From the sequence record OL770073.2: a stretch of DNA of 64,000 nt; one strand, given 5' to 3'. Below are positions 40,388 through 49,033 of the stretch, piece by piece. The notes under the pieces are model-generated. The model made no database searches. It was given only the letters and a program-made list of their open reading frames with translations, and was not told the origin of the DNA. Source of the stretch: Escherichia phage vB_EcoM-RPN226. Both the position numbers and the translations under genes were made by a program. Each line of letters begins with the position of its first letter. The stretch's first letter is position 1.

Positions 40388-40692
40388 TGACCACTATTGA
40401 AGTTTTTGAGTATTGTTATAACAGCCCAGTATGCAATAAAAGGGCTGTTGTAGAAAATTACGAGATTTACCATTTTAAACCTAAACGATATCGTTTGACT
40501 AAAGGTCCGTTTGCAGGGCAGCAGGTTCTTTGTACTGCTCCTAATGCAAGATTAATGAATAAAATTCCATATTTTACCATGGAATTTATTGATGGGCCTT
40601 TTAAAGGACTAATCACACAGAGTTTAATGGCATATGATTCTGAGCCATTTTTAATTAAAGAGCAATCTTGGATAAATTTATTTTCTAATTGA
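40384..40692 (+). CDS. hypothetical protein
   Basis: ATGATGA overlap with upstream stop; about 102 aa. Confidence 0.5.
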   Translation: MMTTIEVFEYCYNSPVCNKRAVVENYEIYHFKPKRYRLTKGPFAGQQVLCTAPNARLMNKIPYFTMEFIDGPFKGLITQSLMAYDSEPFLIKEQSWINLFSN

Positions 40693-40700
40693 GAGGTTAT

Positions 40701-41063
40701 ATGAAAGCATATCAAATTCTTGAAGGCACGCATAAAGGTACTATTTATTTTGAAGACGGTATTCAAGCACGAATTATTGTCTCTAAAACCTTTAAAGAGG
40801 ACTCTTTTGTAGACCCAGAAATTTTCTATGGTTTGCATGCCCGTGAAATTGAAATTGAGCAACAGCCTACAGTTAAAATTGAAGGTGGTCAACACCTGAA
40901 CGTTAACGTTCTGCGCCGTGAAACTCTGGAAGATGCAGTTAAGCATCCAGAAAAATATCCGCAGCTGACCATCCGTGTATCCGGTTATGCAGTTCGCTTT
41001 AACTCTCTGACTCCGGAACAGCAGCGCGACGTTATCGCTCGTACCTTTACCGAGAGTTTGTAA
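40701..41063 (+). CDS. autonomous glycyl radical cofactor (GrcA/YfiD-like)
   Basis: C-terminal glycine-radical motif [27 protein letters not shown]; about 120 aa as GrcA. Confidence 0.75.
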   Translation: MKAYQILEGTHKGTIYFEDGIQARIIVSKTFKEDSFVDPEIFYGLHAREIEIEQQPTVKIEGGQHLNVNVLRRETLEDAVKHPEKYPQLTIRVSGYAVRFNSLTPEQQRDVIARTFTESL

Positions 41064-41284
41064 TGGCAAAGATAATTATTGAAGGTTCTGAAGATGTGCT
41101 AAATGCTTTCGCCGAGTGGTTTAGTAATTCAGGCGAACAGCAATTTAATGAAGCGTGGAACATGGGTGATATTAGTGGAATTTATCCTACGACAGAAATT
41201 TCTGTTCAGGGATATGGCATTCATGAACCTATTCATTTAGTTGAATATGATTTGGGTACTGGTGAGGAAGTAAAATATGATTGA
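41063..41284 (+). CDS. hypothetical protein
   Basis: 73 aa ORF, start overlaps upstream stop. Confidence 0.5.
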   Translation: MAKIIIEGSEDVLNAFAEWFSNSGEQQFNEAWNMGDISGIYPTTEISVQGYGIHEPIHLVEYDLGTGEEVKYD

Positions 41285-41543
41285 AGATATTAAGGGTTAT
41301 AAGCCACATACTGAAGAGAAAATCGGTAAAGTGAATGCTATCAAAGATGCTGAAGTTCGTTTAGGACTTATTTTTGATGCTTTATATGACGAATTCTGGG
41401 AAGTGCTAAATAATTGCGAAGACTATGAATTCGCGAAGAATTATGCTGAAAGCATCGATCAGTTAACTATTGCTAAAACGAAGCTCAAAGAAGCCAGTAT
41501 GTGGGCTTGTCGCGCAGTGTTTCAACCAGAGGAAAAATATTAA
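41277..41543 (+). CDS. hypothetical protein
   Basis: 88 aa ORF. Confidence 0.5.
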   Translation: MIEDIKGYKPHTEEKIGKVNAIKDAEVRLGLIFDALYDEFWEVLNNCEDYEFAKNYAESIDQLTIAKTKLKEASMWACRAVFQPEEKY

Positions 41544-41821
41544 TGGCTCAATTAAGCGCAGGGTTTGGTTATGAGTATTATACTGCCCCTCGTCGTGTAT
41601 CTGTTGCTCCTAAGAAAATTCAAAGTCTTGATGACTTCCAGGAAGTAGTCCGTAAAGCTTTCCAGGACTATGCACGTTATCTTAAAGAAGATTCGCAGGA
41701 CTGTCTCGAAGAAGATGAAATTGCTTACTATGAGCAGCGTCTTGAACAGCTTAAAAACCTACATGAGGTTCGTGCAGAAGTTACAAAGTCTATGAATAAA
41801 TTGATTAGATTTAAAGAATAA
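41543..41821 (+). CDS. hypothetical protein
   Basis: Start at ATG overlapping upstream stop (TAATG), GAGG RBS; 92 aa. Confidence 0.5.
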   Translation: MAQLSAGFGYEYYTAPRRVSVAPKKIQSLDDFQEVVRKAFQDYARYLKEDSQDCLEEDEIAYYEQRLEQLKNLHEVRAEVTKSMNKLIRFKE

Positions 41822-41823
41822 CT

Positions 41824-41853
41824 GTTTACTTTTCCTCTTGACTGTGGTATAAT
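41824..41853 (+). promoter_or_regulatory. T4-type early promoter (regB)
   Basis: GTTTAC...TGTGGTATAAT, followed by GAGGAG RBS. Confidence 0.65.
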
Positions 41854-41880
41854 TTTTCTATCAGTTAAGAGGAGAATAAC

Positions 41881-42342
41881 ATGACTATCAACACAGAAGT
41901 TTTTATCCGTCGAAATAAACTCCGTCGTCACTTTGAGTCGGAGTTTCGTCAAATTAACAATGAGATTCGTGAGGCATCAAAAGCAGCAGGGGTCTCATCG
42001 TTTCATCTAAAATATTCTCAGCATCTTCTTGATCGTGCAATTCAACGGGAGATCGATGAGACATATGTTTTTGAATTATTCCATAAAATAAAAGACCATG
42101 TTTTAGAAGTTAATGAATTCCTGAGTATGCCTCCGCGTCCTGACATTGACGAGGATTTTATTGATGGGGTTGAATATCGTCCTGGGCGTTTAGAAATCAC
42201 AGATGGAAATCTTTGGCTTGGATTTACAGTTTGTAAACCTAATGCGAAGTTCAAAGACCCGTCACTTCAATGTAGGATGGCCATTATCAACAGTCGTCGT
42301 TTACCAGGAAAGGCTTCTAAAGCAGTAATTAAAACTCAATGA
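41881..42342 (+). CDS. regB: site-specific endoribonuclease RegB
   Basis: 153 aa MTINTEVFIRRNKLRRHFESEF...; length and sequence consistent with T4 RegB as recalled. Confidence 0.85.
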   Translation: MTINTEVFIRRNKLRRHFESEFRQINNEIREASKAAGVSSFHLKYSQHLLDRAIQREIDETYVFELFHKIKDHVLEVNEFLSMPPRPDIDEDFIDGVEYRPGRLEITDGNLWLGFTVCKPNAKFKDPSLQCRMAIINSRRLPGKASKAVIKTQ

Positions 42343-42349
42343 GGTAAGC

Positions 42350-42895
42350 ATGAGAAAAGCACTACTCGCTGGTCTATTGGCCATTTCAATGATGGCACAT
42401 AGCTCCGAGCATACTTTCAGTAATGTCCAACTCGATAACATGCGTTACGCGTATCAATTCGGGGAACAATTTTCTAAGGATGGAAAATATAAAACACACA
42501 AAAATATCCACAAGAGCGGATTAGGTCATATAATGGCTGCTATTTTATGGCAAGAAAGCTCTGCCGGAGTTAATTTAAAATCTAAGCCAAAGCATCATGC
42601 CTACGGAATGTTCCAAAATTATTTGCCGACCATGCGTGCAAGAGTTAAGGAACTTGGTTATAATATGACCGATGCCGAAATAAAAAGAATGTTGAATAAA
42701 CGGTCCAATTCAGCTTCCTGGGCGTACATTGAACTTTCTTATTGGTTAAATATACATAAGGGTGATATAAGAAAGGCAATATCCTCTTATAATTCGGGAT
42801 GGAATGTTAAAGCAGGTTCTAAATATGCTTCTGAAGTCCTAGAAAAGGCTAATTACCTTAAAAATAATAAACTTTTGGAAATAGTAAATGACTAA
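42350..42895 (+). CDS. secreted protein, possibly transglycosylase-like (vs.1 position)
   Basis: N-terminal signal peptide MRKALLAGLLAISMMAHS; 181 aa; fold not verifiable by eye. Confidence 0.5.
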   Translation: MRKALLAGLLAISMMAHSSEHTFSNVQLDNMRYAYQFGEQFSKDGKYKTHKNIHKSGLGHIMAAILWQESSAGVNLKSKPKHHAYGMFQNYLPTMRARVKELGYNMTDAEIKRMLNKRSNSASWAYIELSYWLNIHKGDIRKAISSYNSGWNVKAGSKYASEVLEKANYLKNNKLLEIVND

Positions 42896-43235
42896 AATTT
42901 TGGTTTTATGCATAGGATTAATTTCATTTTCTGCTTCTGCGTCAGCAGATGCATCATATACTGAAATTAGAGAATATGTAAACCGTACTGCCGCGGATTA
43001 TTGTGGGAAAAATAAAGCATGCCAAGCTGAATTTGCGCAGAAATTAATATATGCATATAAAGACGGGGAAAGAGATAAATTAAGCAGATACAAAAATGAT
43101 ACTTTATTAAAACGATATGCTAAAAAGTGGAATACCTTAGAATGTTCAGTTGCGGAGGAGAAAGATAAAGCCGCTTGTCATTCAATGGTTGACCGTTTGG
43201 TAGATTCTTATAATCGAGGATTGAGTACTAAATGA
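42888..43235 (+). CDS. vs: valyl-tRNA synthetase modifier candidate
   Basis: 115 aa (same as T4 vs) located before tk; signal-peptide-like N-terminus; assignment by size and synteny only. Confidence 0.45.
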   Translation: MTKILVLCIGLISFSASASADASYTEIREYVNRTAADYCGKNKACQAEFAQKLIYAYKDGERDKLSRYKNDTLLKRYAKKWNTLECSVAEEKDKAACHSMVDRLVDSYNRGLSTK

Positions 43236-43699
43236 TTGTAAAATATATCAAGGGCGATATTGTCGCCCTGTTTTCTAAAGGTAATAATATTGCTCATGGG
43301 TGTAATTGTTTTCATACAATGGGCGCCGGTGTGGCAGGACAATTAGCAAAGGCTTATCCAAAAATTCTGGAAGCTGATAAACTACAGACTGAATGGGGTG
43401 ATGTAACTAAACTTGGTTCTTATTCAGTCTATGAAAAATACTTTAGGACCCATAAAGCTTATTGCTTTAATCTTTATACACAGTTTGAGCCGGGACCTAA
43501 TTTTGAGTACTTTGCTTTAATGAATTGTATAATAGAATTAAATGAATTCGGAAAGAATAAAATAACAAAGCCTGTAATTTATATGCCAAGAATTGGTGCA
43601 GGTATCGGTGGCGGAAACTGGGATGTAATCGAAGAGATTTTAGATACGTATTCCACTAAACTAGAAATTGTGATTGTTGATTGGGAACCATTATTATGA
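43232..43699 (+). CDS. macro-domain-like protein (ADP-ribose binding/processing fold)
   Basis: Two glycine-rich motifs IAHGCNCFHTMGAGVAGQL and IYMPRIGAGIGGGNW at macro-domain-like spacing; 155 aa. Confidence 0.55.
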   Translation: MIVKYIKGDIVALFSKGNNIAHGCNCFHTMGAGVAGQLAKAYPKILEADKLQTEWGDVTKLGSYSVYEKYFRTHKAYCFNLYTQFEPGPNFEYFALMNCIIELNEFGKNKITKPVIYMPRIGAGIGGGNWDVIEEILDTYSTKLEIVIVDWEPLL

Positions 43700-43908
43700 A
43701 TATACATTATCCACATCCATACGACCCAAAGAATAAGGCAGTAATTATTCGTCAATGGGAACGCATTTGCCGTACTAAATGTCCAATTAATAGTCCGCAT
43801 GATGTAGATAAAGACTACATTGGAACATTCGTCGAATATACCTTTATTGATAAGAAAGGTCGTAAACAGCATGTAGAAGAATACTGCTTAAAGGTGACAT
43901 GGTTATGA
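43696..43908 (+). CDS. hypothetical protein
   Basis: ATGA overlap with upstream stop; Cys/His-containing 70 aa. Confidence 0.45.
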   Translation: MNIHYPHPYDPKNKAVIIRQWERICRTKCPINSPHDVDKDYIGTFVEYTFIDKKGRKQHVEEYCLKVTWL

Positions 43909-44090
43909 GTTTAAGTAAAGAACAAAAAGACAAACTCTTTTCTCTTATCCATGGAGTTATGGATAAAAATAGTGAATTGGAAAAAGTTTGTGATGAATGC
44001 GGTCCTTTTAGCGCAAACGAGTACGAAGAACTTTCTAAAGAATTCGATAATAAAGAACAAGAACTCATTGATTATATAAATTCCTTATGA
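43905..44090 (+). CDS. small acidic helical protein (paralogue family member)
   Basis: 61 aa; similar to 44087, 46086 and 46292 ORFs. Confidence 0.5.
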   Translation: MSLSKEQKDKLFSLIHGVMDKNSELEKVCDECGPFSANEYEELSKEFDNKEQELIDYINSL

Positions 44091-44275
44091 TTACTCGCGA
44101 ACAAAAGAACGAAATATTATTTTTAGTTAGTGAAATTATTAGTTTAGAAAAGGATTTGTCTTTTGAATTATCTTCTGATTATGGAGATGACGAAACATAT
44201 TACGAATTAGTAAAATCTATCGATAAAGCTGAAAATGATTTAAAAACATATTTAGAAAATTTAACTAAGGGCTAA
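44087..44275 (+). CDS. small acidic helical protein (paralogue family member)
   Basis: 62 aa; MITREQKNEILFLVSEIISLEKDL pattern shared with neighbour. Confidence 0.5.
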   Translation: MITREQKNEILFLVSEIISLEKDLSFELSSDYGDDETYYELVKSIDKAENDLKTYLENLTKG

Positions 44276-44276
44276 G

Positions 44277-44858
44277 ATGGCGAGTTTAATTTTTACTTAT
44301 GCAGCAATGAATGCTGGAAAATCTGCTTCTCTTTTGACTGCTGCGCATAATTATAAAGAACGTGGAATGAGTGTATTAGTTCTTAAGCCTGCTATTGATA
44401 CTCGCGATTCTGTCTGTGAAGTCGTTTCTCGCATTGGAATTAAGCAGGAAGCGAATATTATTACAGATGATATGGATATTTTTGAGTTCTATAAATGGGC
44501 TGAAGCACAAAAAGATATTCATTGCGTATTTGTAGATGAAGCACAGTTTTTAAAAACTGAACAGGTGCATCAATTAAGCCGAATTGTCGATACATATAAT
44601 GTTCCTGTTATGGCTTATGGTCTAAGGACTGATTTCGCTGGAAAATTATTTGAAGGTTCTAAAGAACTTTTGGCGATTGCAGATAAACTTATTGAACTAA
44701 AAGCAGTTTGTCATTGCGGTAAAAAAGCGATTATGACAGCTCGATTAATGGAAGATGGAACACCAGTTAAAGAAGGTAATCAAATCTGTATTGGTGATGA
44801 AATTTATGTTTCTTTGTGCAGAAAACATTGGAATGAATTAACTAAAAAGCTCGGTTAG
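44277..44858 (+). CDS. tk: thymidine kinase
   Basis: 193 aa; P-loop AAMNAGKS; C-terminal zinc ribbon CHCGKK...C; same length as T4 Tk. Confidence 0.95.
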   Translation: MASLIFTYAAMNAGKSASLLTAAHNYKERGMSVLVLKPAIDTRDSVCEVVSRIGIKQEANIITDDMDIFEFYKWAEAQKDIHCVFVDEAQFLKTEQVHQLSRIVDTYNVPVMAYGLRTDFAGKLFEGSKELLAIADKLIELKAVCHCGKKAIMTARLMEDGTPVKEGNQICIGDEIYVSLCRKHWNELTKKLG

Positions 44859-44900
44859 TGCAAAAGTTATAAATAGGTTTATCTAACTAAAGGGGTATAT

Positions 44901-45113
44901 ATGCTACAATTAACTGAAAAGCAACTTCGCAATCTTACTGTTCTTCAATTAGATGAAATTCGTAGGGAAGTTGGAAATATCATTTCAGCTTTGCGTCGAG
45001 AAGTATCACTCAACCAATCTCCGGCAGACTATACTAGATTGCGAAATTTTGAAAAATACCTTGATAAAGTTAAGGCCGTGCATCGGCACAAAGTAAATAC
45101 AGGACAAAAATGA
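44901..45113 (+). CDS. hypothetical protein
   Basis: 70 aa ORF between tk and rI. Confidence 0.5.
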
Positions 45114-45125
45114 TAGGAGGCCTTT

Positions 45126-45419
45126 ATGGCCTTAAAAGCAACGGCACTATTTGCCATGCTAGGATTAGCGTTTGCTTTATCTCCACCGATTGAAGCGAAT
45201 GTCGATCCTCATTTTGATAAATTTATGGAATCTGGTATTAGACATGTTTATATGCTTTTTGAAAATAAAAGCGTAGAATCATCTGAACAGTTCTATAGTT
45301 TTATGCGAACGACCTATAAAAATGACCCGTGCTCTTCAGATTTTGAATGTATAGAGCGAGGCGCGGAGATGGCACAATCATACGCTAGAATTATGAACAT
45401 TAAATTGGAGATTGAATGA
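45126..45419 (+). CDS. rI: lysis inhibition regulator RI
   Basis: 97 aa with signal-anchor MALKATALFAMLGLAFALS; matches T4 RI as recalled. Confidence 0.85.
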   Translation: MALKATALFAMLGLAFALSPPIEANVDPHFDKFMESGIRHVYMLFENKSVESSEQFYSFMRTTYKNDPCSSDFECIERGAEMAQSYARIMNIKLEIE

Positions 45420-45802
45420 AATTCAGCGACTTTTCACAAAGTGGAAAACCTTCAAAGGCAGATGAATACTTAGGTTTATTAATGGCTGCACAAGCTTATT
45501 TTCATTCTGCGCATTTTGAAACTAAAAGTTATGCTAGACACAAAGCATACGATTTTATTTTCTCTGAGTTGCCAGATTTGATTGATAAATTTGGTGAGCA
45601 ATATTTGGGGTATTCTGGTAGAAAATACACACCTTCTATTCCAGATGCCAGTAAACTTCCTACCGACACAATTAAAATGATTGATCGCATACTAGACCAA
45701 TCTAACAGCATTTACAAAGAAATGCCTCCAGCCATTCAAAGCACGATAGATGATATTACTGGAATGTTTTATCAAAGTAAATATCTTCTTTCTCTCGAAT
45801 AA
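45416..45802 (+). CDS. hypothetical protein (rI.1 position)
   Basis: 128 aa ORF overlapping rI stop. Confidence 0.55.
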   Translation: MKFSDFSQSGKPSKADEYLGLLMAAQAYFHSAHFETKSYARHKAYDFIFSELPDLIDKFGEQYLGYSGRKYTPSIPDASKLPTDTIKMIDRILDQSNSIYKEMPPAIQSTIDDITGMFYQSKYLLSLE

Positions 45803-45807
45803 CATTA

Positions 45808-45829
45808 GTCTCCTTCGGGAGACTTTTTT
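45808..45829 (+). terminator. rho-independent terminator
   Basis: GTCTCCTTCGGGAGAC hairpin plus TTTTTT. Confidence 0.8.
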
Positions 45830-45839
45830 CATTTTACCG

Positions 45840-45870
45840 GTTTACTTTCCACTTGAGCTGTGATACTATA
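45840..45870 (+). promoter_or_regulatory. T4-type early promoter
   Basis: GTTTAC...TGATACTATACAACC. Confidence 0.6.
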
Positions 45871-45897
45871 CAACCATCAGATAAAGAGGAGAACATC

Positions 45898-46086
45898 ATG
45901 AAAATTGAAGCACTTAATAAAGAAGGAAATATCTACGTCATCATTAATGGTGATTTTTTCGTCGACATGGATGAAGTTACCAGTGAAGAACTTGTAGAAC
46001 TTCTTAAGAAACGTTATGATATGTGTGATGAAGCTGCAACTCATATGGCGTGTGCAATATTCTCTCTTTCATATGTGGTGGAATAA
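45898..46086 (+). CDS. hypothetical protein
   Basis: Start at ATG after GAGGAG RBS; 62 aa. Confidence 0.5.
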   Translation: MKIEALNKEGNIYVIINGDFFVDMDEVTSEELVELLKKRYDMCDEAATHMACAIFSLSYVVE

Positions 46087-46289
46087 TGATTAGTATCGAA
46101 CAAGCAGATAAAATTAAAGAATTGGTAGCTTTAATTCGCAAAGCAGATGAGGAACTTAGTGACTTTGCTTGGTTTTCGTCAGGCATTGCAAATAAAGGCG
46201 CTGAAGAACTTGAAGCTAAAGTTGATAATGCTGTAGAAGCTTTAGATATGTTTCTTGATGAAATTATCGATCACAATACGAGAGTTTAA
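46086..46289 (+). CDS. small acidic helical protein (paralogue family member)
   Basis: TAATG overlap; [24 protein letters not shown]. Confidence 0.5.
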   Translation: MISIEQADKIKELVALIRKADEELSDFAWFSSGIANKGAEELEAKVDNAVEALDMFLDEIIDHNTRV

Positions 46290-46291
46290 GT

Positions 46292-46492
46292 ATGCTGACA
46301 CACGAACAGTTTGAAAAAATCATTAAATTAGCACGTGATGTTGAAATAGATTCATATCAATTAGCAGTTGAGCATTGTGAAGGATATTCATATGAAGGTA
46401 TAGCAGCAGCTAAAAGAGATTTGGATGAATCTAAAGCTAAGTTAGTTCAATATCTTGAAATGATTAGGTGGAATAATGAAAACTGTAGTTAA
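46292..46492 (+). CDS. small acidic helical protein (paralogue family member)
   Basis: MLTHEQFEKIIKLARDVEID; 66 aa. Confidence 0.5.
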   Translation: MLTHEQFEKIIKLARDVEIDSYQLAVEHCEGYSYEGIAAAKRDLDESKAKLVQYLEMIRWNNENCS

Positions 46493-47486
46493 GTCTTATT
46501 TTGGTAGTCATCTTTATGGAACTTCTACTCCAGAATCTGATGTAGATTTTAAAGAAATCTTTGTTCCTCCTGCTCGTGATATTCTTATTGGAAATGTTAA
46601 AGAGCATATGAGCAAAAACACTAACAACACATCATCTAAAAACACTAAAGATGATATTGACCATGAACTATACAGTCTTAAGTATTTCTTTAAATTAGCA
46701 GCAGATGGTGAAACCGTAGCATTGGATATGCTCCACACTCCACCTGAACTGGTAGTTAAATCTGATTTGCCTGATGTATGGAAGTTTATTCAAGACAATC
46801 GTTCTCGTTTTTATACGACTAACATGAAATCCTATTTAGGATATGTCCGCAAGCAAGCTTCTAAATACGGTGTCAAGGGTTCTCGTTTGGCCGCATTACG
46901 TGATGTATTGAAAGTAGTTAATCAAATCCCTGACCAGTGGGTCGACTATCAAGAAGGAATCCCTGATAGACTTCGTCGCACTAAAGTTGAAGATATTAAG
47001 CATCGTCTTCCAGAAAACGAGTTCTGCGAATGGGTATTCTATAATCATGAGAAAACAGGCCCGCAAACGTTCTATACTGTGTTGAGTCGTAAATATCAGA
47101 CTACACTTTCTCTTATTGAGCTTAAGCAGTCTTTGAATAAACTTGATGCTGAATATGGTGAACGTGCTCGTAAAGCTGAAGCGAATGAGGGTATTGACTG
47201 GAAAGCTCTGAGTCATGCTTGTCGTGGTGGACTCCAACTATTGGAAATTTACAAAACCGGTGACTTAGTTTATCCACTTCAAGACGCTCCATTTATTCTC
47301 GACGTGAAGCTGGGTAAGCATCCATTTAAAACTGTTCAAGAGTTTTTGGAAGATGTGGTCGATCAAGTAGAAGCAGCATCCATTGAAGCTTCTAAGAACG
47401 GTATGCAACAAAAAGTAGACATGGGTTTCTGGGATGACTTCCTTGAGAGGGTTTATCTTGAAAACCATCGAAGTTATTATAAATGA
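46476..47486 (+). CDS. Pol-beta-superfamily nucleotidyltransferase-like protein
   Basis: N-terminal motif YFGSHLYGTSTPESDVDF (G-S...D-x-D) with a candidate third acidic residue in VALDML; 336 aa. Confidence 0.55.
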   Translation: MKTVVKSYFGSHLYGTSTPESDVDFKEIFVPPARDILIGNVKEHMSKNTNNTSSKNTKDDIDHELYSLKYFFKLAADGETVALDMLHTPPELVVKSDLPDVWKFIQDNRSRFYTTNMKSYLGYVRKQASKYGVKGSRLAALRDVLKVVNQIPDQWVDYQEGIPDRLRRTKVEDIKHRLPENEFCEWVFYNHEKTGPQTFYTVLSRKYQTTLSLIELKQSLNKLDAEYGERARKAEANEGIDWKALSHACRGGLQLLEIYKTGDLVYPLQDAPFILDVKLGKHPFKTVQEFLEDVVDQVEAASIEASKNGMQQKVDMGFWDDFLERVYLENHRSYYK

Positions 47487-47488
47487 TA

Positions 47489-47512
47489 GGGAGCCTTCGG
47501 GCTCCCTTTTTT
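47489..47512 (+). terminator. rho-independent terminator
   Basis: GGGAGCCTTCGGGCTCCC hairpin plus TTTTTT. Confidence 0.8.
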
Positions 47513-47536
47513 ATTTCAAAAATTTTTCACAAAACT

Positions 47537-47567
47537 GTTTACAAGCATAAAGCTTTATGGTACTATA
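47537..47567 (+). promoter_or_regulatory. T4-type early promoter
   Basis: TTTTTCACAAAACTGTTTACA...TGGTACTATACAACTATCAACT. Confidence 0.65.
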
Positions 47568-47600
47568 CAACTATCAACTGATACGGATTTGGAGAATAAA

Positions 47601-48569
47601 ATGAAAACTGTAACTATCAATAAGGGTATCTACTTCGGTAAAGAAATCTCTGGAACTTTTGAGCTCTTAGGCGAATGGTTCCCAGATAATGCTCCGGTAG
47701 ATGCACAAGGAGATGGTAAAGTTTTTGTTGAAATTGACGGTAAACGTCGCGGTGTTTGGGTTTACAAATCAGATATTTCATATGATGGTGTAAAAGTTGA
47801 AGAAGTTAAAGAATCGTATGAAGATATGAAAACCCGCATTAATAAAAGATTTAACGTTATGGGAATGATGACGAACGGTATTATTAATGGAAATATTCGT
47901 TCATTAATTATCTCTGGCGCAGCAGGTATTGGTAAAACGTATTCTTTAGATAAAGCTTTAAATAAAGCAAATGATATTGGATACATTGAATATAAAAGCA
48001 TTAATGGTAAAATCTCTGGTATTGGTCTTTATGAGCAGCTTTGGAATAATCGTGAAGAGAATTCTGTCCTTTTGATTGATGATGTGGATGTTTTCTCTGA
48101 TATGGATATTCTTAATCTTCTAAAAGCCGCTCTGGACACCGGAGAGACCCGTAAAGTCTGCTGGAGCACTGCGTCTTCTTACTTAGAAGAAAAAGGCATT
48201 GAGCGTGAGTTTGAATTTAAAGGAACGATTGTTTTTATCACAAACGTTGACATTGACCGCGAATTAGACCGTGGTACTAAACTTGCTCCACACTTACAAG
48301 CATTAGTGTCCCGCTCAGTTTATTTGGATTTGGGTGTTCATACTAATGAAGAAATTATGGTCAGGGTTGAAGATGTTATTCTTTCAACTGACATGATGCA
48401 AAAGCGCGGTCTTTCTGATGAAGAAACTTATAAAGCATTATCATGGATGAAAGTTAATGTTAATCGTTTACGCAATGTTTCACTGCGTACTGCTCTTTAT
48501 CTTGCTGACTTTATTATGACCGACAAAAACGGTTGGGAAGAAATTGCTGAGGTTACTCTTCTGAAATAA
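47601..48569 (+). CDS. AAA-type ATPase
   Basis: Walker A GAAGIGKT, Walker B LLIDDVD; start moved to ATG 47601 after GGAG RBS (track uses TTG). Confidence 0.65.
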   Translation: MKTVTINKGIYFGKEISGTFELLGEWFPDNAPVDAQGDGKVFVEIDGKRRGVWVYKSDISYDGVKVEEVKESYEDMKTRINKRFNVMGMMTNGIINGNIRSLIISGAAGIGKTYSLDKALNKANDIGYIEYKSINGKISGIGLYEQLWNNREENSVLLIDDVDVFSDMDILNLLKAALDTGETRKVCWSTASSYLEEKGIEREFEFKGTIVFITNVDIDRELDRGTKLAPHLQALVSRSVYLDLGVHTNEEIMVRVEDVILSTDMMQKRGLSDEETYKALSWMKVNVNRLRNVSLRTALYLADFIMTDKNGWEEIAEVTLLK

Positions 48570-48670
48570 TTCATAAGAGGACTTCTATGACAAAAAGGCA
48601 GTTCAGAAATAGATTATATGGACTGCCATTTAAAAGATGACTAGAATTAAACTGGTGAATGGAGGTAGTG

Positions 48671-48973
48671 ATGTTATACTCAAAGGCTCGTGAAATTTAC
48701 GAAACTAAGATTAAAGAAGCAGTATTTCAATTCGCAACGACAATGCGATGGACAAATGACTGGGAGTATTCAAAAAATCATAAGAAGCCCATGGTGACAA
48801 GAAAGGCTCATATGTTAGTGTTAATAGACCGTGAGCAGATTAAAGCCCGAGAAGCCCTCCAGAATCATAAAAAGGCTGCCTTTGAATGGTTTATGGATAA
48901 CACTGCTCCTGAGACTAAGAAAGCAGTAAGCGCATGGTTCAGTGGAAAAAATTGTGAAAGAAGTTTCTTTTAG
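48671..48973 (+). CDS. hypothetical protein
   Basis: ATG after GGAGG RBS; about 100 aa. Confidence 0.5.
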   Translation: MLYSKAREIYETKIKEAVFQFATTMRWTNDWEYSKNHKKPMVTRKAHMLVLIDREQIKAREALQNHKKAAFEWFMDNTAPETKKAVSAWFSGKNCERSFF

Positions 48974-48975
48974 TG

Positions 48976-49010
48976 GTTTACAAGACTGTTCCTCTGTGGT
49001 ACTATACAAC
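48976..49010 (+). promoter_or_regulatory. T4-type early promoter
   Basis: GTTTACAAGACTG...TGGTACTATACAACTATCAACT. Confidence 0.65.
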
Positions 49011-49033
49011 TATCAACTATGGAGGAACACAAA

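Noticed and set aside
40467-41069. Minus-strand 200-aa ORF
   Set aside because: Overlaps three co-directional plus-strand early genes including the GrcA-like gene; no matching signals on the minus strand.
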